NCBI GenBank assembly: GCA_022561095.1
Contig: JADFRV010000003.1
Span: 1 to 35,924 of the forward strand
Reading direction: 5' to 3'
DNA: 35,924 nucleotides
Source of the DNA: Chloroflexota bacterium
GTDB lineage: Bacteria; Chloroflexota; Dehalococcoidia; SM23-28-2; RBG-16-64-32
The translations under genes and the position numbers were made by a program. The notes beneath the pieces were generated by a model. It was not told the DNA's origin. It did not search any database and saw only the letters and a program-made list of their open reading frames with translations. Shown here one piece after another: positions 16,783 through 25,681 of the stretch (position 1 is the first letter of the stretch; each line of letters starts with the position of its first letter).

Positions 16783-17766
16783 CTAATAGGCGGCGAGGTC
16801 TCTTATCGCTTTCGCTATCTTCTCCGGGTTGGGGAGCAGGTACTCCTCGAGGACGGTGGCGTAAGGCGAGATGGGGACGTCCGGCGAAGCGACGCGGGTC
16901 ACGGGGCCGTCCAGGAACTCGAACGCCTCCTGGGCAATAATAGCAGCAACCTCTGCGCCGAAGCCACCGGTGAGGTTATCCTCGTACACCACCAGCGCCT
17001 TGCCCGTCTTCTCGACGGATTTCAGGATGGTCTTCTTGTCCAGCGGCGAGATGGTGCGCAGGTCGATCACCTCCACGCTGGTACTGTCCTCTTCCTGCAC
17101 CGTCTCGGCGGCCTTGAGGGAGTGGTGCATCATCATGCCGTAGGTGATAAGGGTGATATCCGAGCCCTCGCGCTTCACCTCCGCTTCGCCGATGGGGACG
17201 GTGTAGTCGTCATCCGGGAGATCCTGGCGGTACAGCCGGTAGGCCCTCTTGTGCTCGAGGAAGATGACGGGGTCCGGGTCGCGTATCGCCGACTTGAGGA
17301 GGCCCTTGGCGTCATAGGGGGTAGCGACGCAGACGACCTTGAGGCCGGGTACGTGGCCGTAGATCGCCTCGATGCTCTGGGAGTGGTAAGGGCCACCGTG
17401 GATGCCGCTACCATAGGGAGCGCGGACGGTGATAGGGCAGCCCCAGCTGCCGTTGGAGCGGTAGCGCAGACGGGCGGCCTCGCTCACGATCTGGTCCATT
17501 GCGGGGTGGATGAAGTCTGCGAACTGGATCTCGGCGATGGGAACGACGCCGTTGAGGGAGGCGCCGATGGCGACGCCGATGATGGCGGCCTCCGCCAGGG
17601 GCGTATCGACGCAGCGGTCAGGGCCGAACTCCTCGCGGAGGCCCTGGGTAGCGCGGAACACGCCGCCCCCAGCCACGTCCTCACCCAGGAGGACGACGCG
17701 CGGGTCACGCTTCATCTCCTCCAACATGGCATCGTTGACGGCCTCCACCATGTTCCTCTCAGCCAT
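16783..17766 (-). CDS. bkdA2: 2-oxoacid dehydrogenase E1 beta subunit (branched-chain type)
   Basis: GEDV..GGVFRAT, DTPLAE, EIQFADF, HSQS, FLEHKRAY; ATG overlaps the upstream TGA. Confidence 0.92.
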   Translation of the reverse strand: MAERNMVEAVNDAMLEEMKRDPRVVLLGEDVAGGGVFRATQGLREEFGPDRCVDTPLAEAAIIGVAIGASLNGVVPIAEIQFADFIHPAMDQIVSEAARLRYRSNGSWGCPITVRAPYGSGIHGGPYHSQSIEAIYGHVPGLKVVCVATPYDAKGLLKSAIRDPDPVIFLEHKRAYRLYRQDLPDDDYTVPIGEAEVKREGSDITLITYGMMMHHSLKAAETVQEEDSTSVEVIDLRTISPLDKKTILKSVEKTGKALVVYEDNLTGGFGAEVAAIIAQEAFEFLDGPVTRVASPDVPISPYATVLEEYLLPNPEKIAKAIRDLAAY

Positions 17767-18776
17767 CACGCCACCTCCTCCTCCGCGAAGACATGCCTCA
17801 GGGCGGTCTCCGGATCGGGCAGCGGCGCGTTCTCAGCGTACTCGGTGGCGGCGTCCACCTCTTCCGCCGCCTTCTTGGTCAGCTCGTCCCGGGTCTTCTC
17901 ATCCAGCAGGCCATGCCCCTCCAGGTAGGCCTGGAAACGGATGATGGGGTCCTTCTCGCTCCACTCCTCCACCTCCTCGCGGGAGCGGTAGCGGCGGTCG
18001 TCGTCGTCGCTGCTATGGGGGACGAGGCGGTAGGTCTTGGCCTCGATGAAGGTGGGGCCGTCGCCGCGACGAGCCCTCTCGACTGCCTCCTTGGCGGCGC
18101 GGTAGACGGCCAGCACGTCGTTGCCGTCCACGGTCACGCCGGGGAAGCCGTAGCCCTGGGCGCGCACGGCCACGTTCTCCACCGCCATCTGCTTCGTCCA
18201 GTGGACGGAGATGGCGTACTGGTTGTGCTCGCAAACGAAGACGACCGGCAGCTTGTGGACGCCGGCGAAGTTCATCGCCTCATGGCAGTCGCCCTTGGAG
18301 GTGGCGCCATCGCCGAACCAGACCATCGACACCTCGTCCAGGCCGCGGAGCTTGGCGGCGAAGGCGGTGCCAACGGCGTGCGGGATCTGAGTGGCCACGG
18401 GGGCGCCTTCGGAGACTATTCGCAATTTAGGATGGGAGAAGTGGCTAGGCATGTTACGGCCGCCGCTACTGATGTCATCCTTGCGGGCGAAGAAGGCCAT
18501 GAGGACATCGCGGGCGGTCATGCCGATAGTGAGAACCACACCCACGTCTCGATAATAAGTGAAGACCCAGTCATGACCAGGTTTCAGGGCGTAAGCGGTG
18601 CCCACCTGGGTCGCCTCATGCCCCTCGCCGCTGTAAGTGATGGAGCCCTTGCCCATTCGCTGAAGAAGGCGCTGGCGAACGCTAGCCGCCCGAGATAGAA
18701 CCATCTTGTAGTAGATATCCAGCGATTGACTGTTACTGAGGCCCAGTATGCCGGGCATGTCCTTTACAGCAACCAT
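17766..18776 (-). CDS. bkdA1: 2-oxoacid dehydrogenase E1 alpha subunit, paralog B
   Basis: ThDP motif GDGATSKGDCHEAMNFAGVHKLPVVFVCEHN; YRLVPHSSDDD; GAGGAGG RBS with ATG at 18776. Confidence 0.92.
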   Translation of the reverse strand: MVAVKDMPGILGLSNSQSLDIYYKMVLSRAASVRQRLLQRMGKGSITYSGEGHEATQVGTAYALKPGHDWVFTYYRDVGVVLTIGMTARDVLMAFFARKDDISSGGRNMPSHFSHPKLRIVSEGAPVATQIPHAVGTAFAAKLRGLDEVSMVWFGDGATSKGDCHEAMNFAGVHKLPVVFVCEHNQYAISVHWTKQMAVENVAVRAQGYGFPGVTVDGNDVLAVYRAAKEAVERARRGDGPTFIEAKTYRLVPHSSDDDDRRYRSREEVEEWSEKDPIIRFQAYLEGHGLLDEKTRDELTKKAAEEVDAATEYAENAPLPDPETALRHVFAEEEVA

Positions 18777-18839
18777 CGCTTCCTCCTCATCAGCTCCGGG
18801 AGCTCTCAACCTTGATACGACTCACGGTCATCTCTTGAC

Positions 18840-19838
18840 TCACTCCGCGAAGACGTGCCTAAGCGCGGTCTCCGGATCGGGCAGCGGCGCGTTCTCGGCG
18901 TACTCGGTGGCTGCATCCACCGCTTGCGCCGCCTTCTCGGCCAGCTGGTCCCGGGTCTTCTCAATCAGCAGGCCATGCTCCTCCAGGTAGGTCTGGAAGC
19001 GCGGGATCGGGTCCTTCTCGCTCCACTCCTCCACCTCCTCGCGGGAGCGGTAGCGGCGGTCGTCATCGTCGCTGGTGTGGGGGACGAGCCGGTAGGTCTT
19101 GGCCTCGATGAAGGTGGGGCCGTCGCCGCGGCGGGCCCTCTCGACAGCCTCCCTGGCCGCACCGTAGACGGCCAGCACGTCGTTGCCGTCCACGGTCACG
19201 CCGGGGAAGCCGTAGCCCTGGGCGCGGACGGCCACGTTCTCCACCGCCATCTGCTTCGTCCAGTGAACGGAGATCGCGTACTGGTTGTTCTCGCAGACGA
19301 AGACGACGGGCAGCTTGTGGACGCCGGCGAAGTTCATCGCCTCGTGGCAGTCACCCTTAGAGGTAGCGCCATCGCCGAACCAGGTCATGGACACCTCGTC
19401 CAGGCCATGGAGCTTGGCGGCGAAGGCGGTGCCAACGGCGTGCGGCATCTGAGTAGCCACCGGCGCCGAGCCGGAGACGATGCGCAGCTTTGGATCGCTG
19501 AAGTGTGAGGGCATGTTGCGGCCGCCGGAGCTGACGTTCTCGCCCCGCGCCAGAAACTCCAGCATCAGGTCGCGCGCGGTCTGGCCGAGGGTGAGGGCGA
19601 CGCCTATATCGCGGTAGTAGGGGAACGCCCAGTCCTTGCCGGACACCAGGGCGTAAGCGGTACCGACCTGCGTCGCCTCGTGGCCTTCGCCGGTGACGGC
19701 GAAGGGGGCCTTGCCCATCCGGTTCAACATTCGCTCCCGCTGCCCGACGGCGCGGGAGAGCATCATCTTGTAGAGCATATCCAGGAGCTGGTCATTGCTC
19801 AGGCTCAGCTCGGTTGGAGATTCCCTTACCGCTACCAG
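18840..19838 (-). CDS. bkdA1: 2-oxoacid dehydrogenase E1 alpha subunit, paralog A
   Basis: GDGATSKGD...CENN, YRLVPHTSDDD. Probable CTG start at 19838 behind AGGAGG, aligned with the ATG of the paralog. Confidence 0.9.
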   Translation of the reverse strand: MVAVRESPTELSLSNDQLLDMLYKMMLSRAVGQRERMLNRMGKAPFAVTGEGHEATQVGTAYALVSGKDWAFPYYRDIGVALTLGQTARDLMLEFLARGENVSSGGRNMPSHFSDPKLRIVSGSAPVATQMPHAVGTAFAAKLHGLDEVSMTWFGDGATSKGDCHEAMNFAGVHKLPVVFVCENNQYAISVHWTKQMAVENVAVRAQGYGFPGVTVDGNDVLAVYGAAREAVERARRGDGPTFIEAKTYRLVPHTSDDDDRRYRSREEVEEWSEKDPIPRFQTYLEEHGLLIEKTRDQLAEKAAQAVDAATEYAENAPLPDPETALRHVFAE

Positions 19839-19852
19839 CTTGCATCCCCTCC

Positions 19853-21235
19853 TTACCAATAGATGCTGATGCCTGCTGAAAGTTGCGCCGCCTCGCCCAT
19901 CACCTCGCTCAGGCTGGGGTGAGGGTGAACGTTTGTACCCATCTCCCAGGCAGAGGCGTTGAGGAAGCGGGCCAGCGCCGCCTCTGCGATGAGCTCCCCC
20001 GCCTGGTGGCCCAGGATGTGGGCGCCCAGGATGTCGCCGGAGTCAGCGTCGTAGACGAGCTTAACGAAGCCTTCCGTCTCGTCATGGATGAGCGCCATAG
20101 CGTTGTTGCGGAAGGAGAACCGCTGCGTCTTCACGTTGCCGCCCAGCTCCTTCGCCTGCCCTTCGCTGAGGCCGACGGCGGCGACGTGGGGCCGGGTGTA
20201 GGCGACGCGGGGGACGCGATTGTAGTCCAGCGGCTCCACGTCCTTGCCGGCGATCGCCTCGGCGGCGAGGTAGCCCTCGGCGGCGGCCACGTGGGCGAGC
20301 TGCAATCCGCCGATGAGGTCGCCAACGGCGAAGATGCTAGGCTCATCGGTGCGGTAGCTGCCGTCAACCTGTACGGAACTCCGTTCGACCTTCACGTTTG
20401 TGTTCTCCAAACCGAGGCCTTCGGTCAGACCCTCCCGGCCGATAGCGACGAGCACCTTCTCGGACTGCACGGTCTGCTCTTGACCATCACGCTCGATGGT
20501 GAGCTCCACTACGTTATCGAAGGTGCGCGTGGCCTCGGGGCGGACGGTAGCGGCGGTGAGGACGACAGCGCCGCGGGCGGCAAGCAGCTTTTCCATGCCG
20601 TTTCCCAGGCTGGCGTCCTCAAGGGGGAGAAGATGGGGCAGCGCCTCGATGATGGTGACCTCCGCGCCCACGTCCAGGAAGAAGGAGGCGAACTCCAGGC
20701 CGACTGATCCGGCGCCGATGACGGCCAGCGACTTGGGCACCTCGGTCATCTCCAGGCAGTGGTCGCTGGTGAGGATGCGCAGGCCGTCCGGCTCCAGTCC
20801 GGGCAGGCTCTTCGGCTTGGAGCCGGTGGCGAGGACGACGTTATTCGCCTCCAGACGGCGGCCGTCCACCTCCACTTCCGTGGGCGAGAGGAGCCGTGCT
20901 TCGCCCTGGATGATCTCCACCTTGTGCTTCTGGATGAGGGAGCGCAGGCTCTTGTGGAGGGCGCCCACAACCTGCTCCTGGCGCGCGGCGAGCAGGCCGT
21001 AGTCGAGCGAGATGTTATCAGCGGTGATGCCGAAGGTGCGGCTCTTGCGGACCAACGAGAGGTTCTGGGCGGTCTCCAGCAGGAGCTTGGTGGGGATACA
21101 ACCTTTGTGGAGGCAGACGCCGCCGACCTTCTCTCGCTCGATCAGGGCTGCTGTGAGGCCCAACTGGGTGGCGTGAATTGCGGCGGTGTAACCACCGTTG
21201 CCGCCACCGACGGCGACCAGGTCAAACGCCTCCAC
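19853..21235 (-). CDS. lpdA: Dihydrolipoyl dehydrogenase (E3)
   Basis: GGGNGG FAD motif, GGVCLHKGCIPTK redox disulfide, GAGSVGLE NAD motif, HPSLSE. Confidence 0.96.
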   Translation of the reverse strand: MEAFDLVAVGGGNGGYTAAIHATQLGLTAALIEREKVGGVCLHKGCIPTKLLLETAQNLSLVRKSRTFGITADNISLDYGLLAARQEQVVGALHKSLRSLIQKHKVEIIQGEARLLSPTEVEVDGRRLEANNVVLATGSKPKSLPGLEPDGLRILTSDHCLEMTEVPKSLAVIGAGSVGLEFASFFLDVGAEVTIIEALPHLLPLEDASLGNGMEKLLAARGAVVLTAATVRPEATRTFDNVVELTIERDGQEQTVQSEKVLVAIGREGLTEGLGLENTNVKVERSSVQVDGSYRTDEPSIFAVGDLIGGLQLAHVAAAEGYLAAEAIAGKDVEPLDYNRVPRVAYTRPHVAAVGLSEGQAKELGGNVKTQRFSFRNNAMALIHDETEGFVKLVYDADSGDILGAHILGHQAGELIAEAALARFLNASAWEMGTNVHPHPSLSEVMGEAAQLSAGISIYW

Positions 21236-21314
21236 GACCTACCTTCCCCAGGTCAACCCCCATCTATCGCTGGTATTGCTACCTTCGATTGCAGAGATAC
21301 AAGTCGCCTATTAC

Positions 21315-21343
21315 ATTCTCTCAGGGCAGCCCCAGGCTGTCAA
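21315..21343 (-). promoter_or_regulatory. sigma70-like promoter for the lpdA-bkd-lipB operon
   Basis: TTGACA-N17-GAGAAT, about 80 bp upstream of lpdA. Confidence 0.55.
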
Positions 21344-21363
21344 CGCGCAAAGCCGCACCGCTG

Positions 21364-21726
21364 TTACTTCGTCACGACTCTAACACCTTTGCGCTCCAGA
21401 GCCCGCACGACTGAGGATATACCGTACCAACTGAAGCTTACCCGGTTCGGTGCGCCCCCATGATGCCGGATTTCCAACCTGTCACCTAGCAGTATTCGCC
21501 AGATGTTCACCCTTTTGAACTCCACCAAATCAATATCCTGGAAGGAGATTGACACTTGTATTGGCCAGGCCTTGACGGTAATCGAGTCTTCATAGCATTC
21601 AATCTTGCCAATGGGCCACGATGCCCCCCATATCCATGGCCAAATTCGAATGCCCAGGAGTTTCATCGGAGGACCATGGAGCCGTACTGATCCTCTCCGC
21701 TGGCAGGCCAAATCACGACTCTTCAT
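21364..21726 (-). CDS. Hypothetical protein, lower GC
   Basis: 120-aa ORF filling the gap between divergent operons; start uncertain. Confidence 0.5.
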   Translation of the reverse strand: MKSRDLACQRRGSVRLHGPPMKLLGIRIWPWIWGASWPIGKIECYEDSITVKAWPIQVSISFQDIDLVEFKRVNIWRILLGDRLEIRHHGGAPNRVSFSWYGISSVVRALERKGVRVVTK

Positions 21727-21895
21727 AGGCTAGAGGAAGAACCCGCTCATTTATCGACAGACACGACCTAATTTATCACACCGCCCGCCGCTTGGGGTCA
21801 TTCAACGTGACCTCCTATCCAGCAGCGCCAGGTCTCGCCAATGGGAGGTCGCTTAGGGTAGACTTATCCCTCGGCAGTTCAGCCGCACTCAAGAC

Positions 21896-23056
21896 ATGCC
21901 AGCGAAAGTCGCCATCATCGGTGTAGGCCACACAGCGTTCCGGGCCACCAGCCCGGGGCTCTCCTACAAGGAGCTCATGTTCGAGGCGGCCACCCGCGCC
22001 TACGAGGACGCCGGCCTGGACGCCCGCAGCGAGATCGACTCCTTCCTGACCTGCTCCGAGGACCTGGCCGAGGGCACCAGCATCTTCGACGAGTACGTGC
22101 CGGACCAGATCGGCGGCGCCGAGCGACCCGTCTACACCGTGGGTGGGGACGCCATCCAGGGGCTGGCGACGGCCTACATGCAGATCGCCAGCGGCATCGT
22201 GGACGTGGTATCGGTAGAGGCACACAGTAAGGCGTCCAACGTGGTCACGCCGGGCGAGCTGCACGCCTTCGCCCTCGACCCGATCTTCGTGCGGCCGCTG
22301 GGCTTCAGCGCCCACGCCATGGCGGGGCTGGAGGCGTCCGCATACCTGGCGGCGACCGGCACGACCCGCGAGCAGTGCGCCCACGTGGTCGCCAAGAACC
22401 GGCGCAACGCCCTGGCGAACCCCAGCGCCGCCCACGCCGCCGCGATTGACCCACAGGACGTTCTCGCCTCGCCTCCCGCCTTCGCCCCGCTCACGGAGCT
22501 GGAGGTGAGCGCCCCGGCTGACGGCGCGCTGGTGATCGTCCTGGCGTCCGAGGAGCGTGTTAAGAAGCTGAAGGGGCAACCCGTCTGGCTGCGCGGCATC
22601 GGCTGGTCTACCGGCTGCGGCATCACTGCCGGTCCGGACGGCGCATCCGCGGACTACGCCAGGAGCGCCGCCGAGTTGGCCTATCGCATGGCCGGCATCC
22701 CCGCCGAAAAGGCGGGCCGGGAGATCGACTTCGCGGAGGTAGACGACAGCTACTCGTTCAAGGAGCCGCAGCACCTGGAGGCGCTGGGGCTGTTCGGGCC
22801 GGGGCGCGCCGGCGCGGCGACGGCGGATGGCGCCACCGCCCGCGAGGGCGACCTGCCGGTGAACGTGTCCGGCGGCTCCCTGGGCGTGGGGCAGCTGTTC
22901 GAGGCGAGCGGCGGGCAGAGGGTGGCGGAGGTGGTGGCGCAGCTCCGCGGCGAGGCCGGTCCGCGTCAGATCAAGAAGGCGAAGACCGGGCTGGCCCAAT
23001 CGTGGCGGGGCGTCCCCACGGCGACGGGGGCGGTAGTGGTGCTGAGCCGTGACTAG
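21896..23056 (+). CDS. Thiolase-fold protein (SCP2/Ltp4-like), lacking catalytic Cys/His
   Basis: KVAIIGVG, KNRRNALANP, DGALVIVLASEE, VNVSGGSLGVG; no Cys at the acyl-enzyme position. Confidence 0.85.
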   Translation: MPAKVAIIGVGHTAFRATSPGLSYKELMFEAATRAYEDAGLDARSEIDSFLTCSEDLAEGTSIFDEYVPDQIGGAERPVYTVGGDAIQGLATAYMQIASGIVDVVSVEAHSKASNVVTPGELHAFALDPIFVRPLGFSAHAMAGLEASAYLAATGTTREQCAHVVAKNRRNALANPSAAHAAAIDPQDVLASPPAFAPLTELEVSAPADGALVIVLASEERVKKLKGQPVWLRGIGWSTGCGITAGPDGASADYARSAAELAYRMAGIPAEKAGREIDFAEVDDSYSFKEPQHLEALGLFGPGRAGAATADGATAREGDLPVNVSGGSLGVGQLFEASGGQRVAEVVAQLRGEAGPRQIKKAKTGLAQSWRGVPTATGAVVVLSRD

Positions 23057-23077
23057 AGACGTAGCAAAGGCGATGCC

Positions 23078-24238
23078 ATGCGCAAAGTAGCGGTAGTCGG
23101 GGCCGGGCTGACGCGGTTCATGCGCCGGGCCCAGGAGACGGGGCCGGAGCTGGCCTGGCTGGCGGCCAGCCAGGCGCTGGAGTCGTGCGGGCTGGGGCTG
23201 AAGGACGTGGACAGCGTGGCCATCGGCTCGGCGCCGGACGCCTTCGACGGGGTGCACATGAAGGGCGAATACCTGGCGCCGGGCGCGGGCGGCTGGGGGC
23301 GGCCGGTGACGCGGCCTTACGCCGGCGGCGGCACCGGCGTCCTGGTGCCGATCCACGCCTGGTTCAACGTCGCCTCCGGCCTGTTCGACGTCTGCCTGGT
23401 GGTGGCGGAGGAGAAGATGTCCACCTGCCACCCCCACCCGCAGGGGGCCTTCGTCACCATCTTCGACAATATCCTGGAGCGGCCGCTGGAGCCGAACCTG
23501 ATCTGGATCTTCGCCCTGGAGATGCAGCGCTACATGGATACCTACGGCATCACCAAGGAGGAGATCGCCCTCGTCTCCGTGAAGAATAAGCGCAACGGCC
23601 TGGACCACCCCTCGACGCACGTGGCGGAGGAGATCACGGTCAAGGACGTGATGGAGTCCGAGGTGATGGTGTCGCCGGTGAACCGGCTGGACGTCAGCCC
23701 GGTGAGCGACGGCGCCGCCGCCATCGTCCTCGCCTCTGAGGACGTGGCGCGGCGAATCAGCGACAAGCCGGTCTGGATCGACGGCATCGGCTGGAACCTG
23801 GACACCGCCTACTGGACCAACCGCGATCTGGCTTATCCCAGCTACGTGGAGCGGGCGGCGCGCATGGCGTACAAGATGGCGGGGATCACGGAGCCGCGGA
23901 AGCAGATCAACGTGGTGGAGCCGTACGACCCGTTCTCCTACAAGGAGCTGCACCACCTGGAGGGGCTGCTGCTCTGCGACAAGGGGCAGGCGGCGAAGAT
24001 CACCGCCGACGGCGTGACCCAGCGCGACGGCGACATGCCGGTCTCTCCCTCCGGCGGGCTGCTGGGCGTGGGCAATCCGATCGCCGCGGCGGGGCTGATG
24101 AAGGTCGCGGAGATCTTCTGGCAGCTCAGGGGCGAGGCGGGCCGGCGCCAGGTGCCGGGGCAGCCCAAGGTGGGGCTGGCCCAGGCCTGGGGCGACCTGA
24201 TGCAGGTGGGCACCGTAGTGGTGATGAGGGCCGATTGA
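23078..24238 (+). CDS. Thiolase-fold protein (Ltp3-like putative aldolase)
   Basis: GSAPDAFDG, EEKMS, SDGAAAIVLASE, EPYDPF, SGGLLGVGNPIAA. Confidence 0.88.
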   Translation: MRKVAVVGAGLTRFMRRAQETGPELAWLAASQALESCGLGLKDVDSVAIGSAPDAFDGVHMKGEYLAPGAGGWGRPVTRPYAGGGTGVLVPIHAWFNVASGLFDVCLVVAEEKMSTCHPHPQGAFVTIFDNILERPLEPNLIWIFALEMQRYMDTYGITKEEIALVSVKNKRNGLDHPSTHVAEEITVKDVMESEVMVSPVNRLDVSPVSDGAAAIVLASEDVARRISDKPVWIDGIGWNLDTAYWTNRDLAYPSYVERAARMAYKMAGITEPRKQINVVEPYDPFSYKELHHLEGLLLCDKGQAAKITADGVTQRDGDMPVSPSGGLLGVGNPIAAAGLMKVAEIFWQLRGEAGRRQVPGQPKVGLAQAWGDLMQVGTVVVMRAD

Positions 24239-24759
24239 TGACGGAGCGTACGCTTCCCGGCACCCCCCTCAGCGACGAGGCCATCCAGCAAGGGAAGGTG
24301 CTCACCCTGAAGTGGCCGGCGTCGCTGCGCTACGAATGGGATACGGGCGTGGCGATAGGCCGCTTCCTCAGCGAGCTGAAGAACGGCCGCATCATCGGCC
24401 GGAGCTGCCATCGCTGTCAGCGGGTGCTGGTGCCGCCGCGGATGTTCTGCGAGCGCTGCTTCCGCCCCACTGACGCCTGGCAGTTCGTGCAGGACAGCGG
24501 CAGCGTCAACACCTACTCGCTCTCGCACCTGCGCTGGGACGCCAGCCGCGTCGAGGAGCCGATCCTGGTAGCGGTGATCGAGATCGACGGCTCCAGTCAG
24601 GGCGGCCTGCTCCACTACCTGGGCGATGTCAGGCCGGAGGAGATCCGCATCGGTATGAAGGTGAAAGCGGTATGGAAGCCGGCGGAGGAGCGGGAGGGCT
24701 CCATCCTGGACATTCGCCACTTCCGGCCCTTCGACTCCGCTCGGGACAGGCCGGCGTAG
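24238..24759 (+). CDS. Zn-ribbon/OB-fold (DUF35, ChsH2-like) protein
   Basis: CHRC...PPRMFCERC followed by an OB-fold (IRIGMKVKAVW); TGATG coupling to the thiolase. Confidence 0.9.
   Translation: MTERTLPGTPLSDEAIQQGKVLTLKWPASLRYEWDTGVAIGRFLSELKNGRIIGRSCHRCQRVLVPPRMFCERCFRPTDAWQFVQDSGSVNTYSLSHLRWDASRVEEPILVAVIEIDGSSQGGLLHYLGDVRPEEIRIGMKVKAVWKPAEEREGSILDIRHFRPFDSARDRPA
24727..24751 (+). repeat. REP-like element CCCTTCGAC...CTC.GG.CAGGC at the gene's 3' end
   Basis: CCCTTCGACTCCGCTCGGGACAGGC; a related element lies at 26499-26555. Confidence 0.55.
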
Positions 24760-24767
24760 GAGAGAGC

Positions 24768-25235
24768 ATGGGCAGCAGCGAGCACATAGACCGAGTGACT
24801 GACCTGCGGGCCTGGCCCGGGGAGTTTCCGGTGAGCCACCTGTATACGATGGGCATCGCTGGGGAGCGGTTCTTCCGCGAGCTAAAGGAGAACGGCCGAT
24901 TTCTGGGTAGCCGCTGCGCTGCCTGCGACCACGTCTATCTGCCGCCGTCCATCTTCTGTCCCCGCTGCTTCGCGGCCCTGGATGAGTGGAGAGAGGTGGG
25001 CCCGCAGGGTACGGTGCGCGCGGTAACAACCGCCCATCGCGGCGTGGACGGAGGCGCTCTCGAGACACCGGAGACGCTGGCCCTGATCCAGCTGGACGGC
25101 GCCGATGACCTGCTGGCGCACCGCATCGGGGAGTCAGCGGGGCTAGAGATTGGGGCCAGAGTTGCGCCCGTGCTCAAGGAGACGCCTGAGCGGGAGGGCT
25201 CTATCCTGGACATCCGCTACTTCAGGGCAGTGTAG
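24768..25235 (+). CDS. Zn-ribbon/OB-fold (DUF35) protein
   Basis: CAAC...PPSIFCPRC; C-terminal REGSILDI shared with the upstream paralog; AGGAGAG RBS with ATG at 24768. Confidence 0.9.
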   Translation: MGSSEHIDRVTDLRAWPGEFPVSHLYTMGIAGERFFRELKENGRFLGSRCAACDHVYLPPSIFCPRCFAALDEWREVGPQGTVRAVTTAHRGVDGGALETPETLALIQLDGADDLLAHRIGESAGLEIGARVAPVLKETPEREGSILDIRYFRAV

Positions 25236-25261
25236 TTTTCAGCTAGATAGGAGGGACCGCC

Positions 25262-25642
25262 ATCGCCGAGTCGGTGCGAGTTTTCAGGGCAGAAGAACGT
25301 CGGCAGACGCCCACGACCCAGACCCCTGGCATGCATCGCGAAGAGCTCATGTCAACACCGCAAAGCTGGGCGGGCATCGTTCGCATGCCGCCCGGGTCCG
25401 CTTCGGGCTGGCACCACCACGGCGAGTACGACTCGTACATCTACGGGATCTCGGGCAAAACCCGTCTCGAATTTGGGCCGGGCGGAAAGGAGTCCCTGGA
25501 GGGTGAGCCCGGCGATGTGCTCTACATACCCAAGGGCATCGTTCACCGGGAGCTGGCTCTCGGTTCAGAGGAAGGAGCGGCCTTTCTGGTAAGGGTCGGC
25601 AAGGGCGAGCCGGTGATCAACGTCGATGGGCCGGCCGAATAG
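25262..25642 (+). CDS. Cupin domain protein
   Basis: SGWHHHGEY and GDVLYIPKGIVHRE cupin motifs. In-frame ATC at 25262 lies 7 nt after AGGAGG; alternative start GTG at 25274. Confidence 0.85.
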   Translation: MAESVRVFRAEERRQTPTTQTPGMHREELMSTPQSWAGIVRMPPGSASGWHHHGEYDSYIYGISGKTRLEFGPGGKESLEGEPGDVLYIPKGIVHRELALGSEEGAAFLVRVGKGEPVINVDGPAE

Positions 25643-25681
25643 CTGACGAGCCCTTCCCTGCCGACCCGGCTAGCCAGCGTC

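Noticed and set aside
21315-21343. lpdA promoter as another copy of the module repeat
   Set aside because: It shares only TTGACA and the spacing; spacer and tail differ, so it is treated as an ordinary promoter.
21815-23956. 713-aa minus-strand ORF and other long antisense ORFs (e.g. 17793-18698, 19883-20707, 23938-25068)
   Set aside because: Shadow frames of well-supported genes in high-GC DNA, with no motifs.
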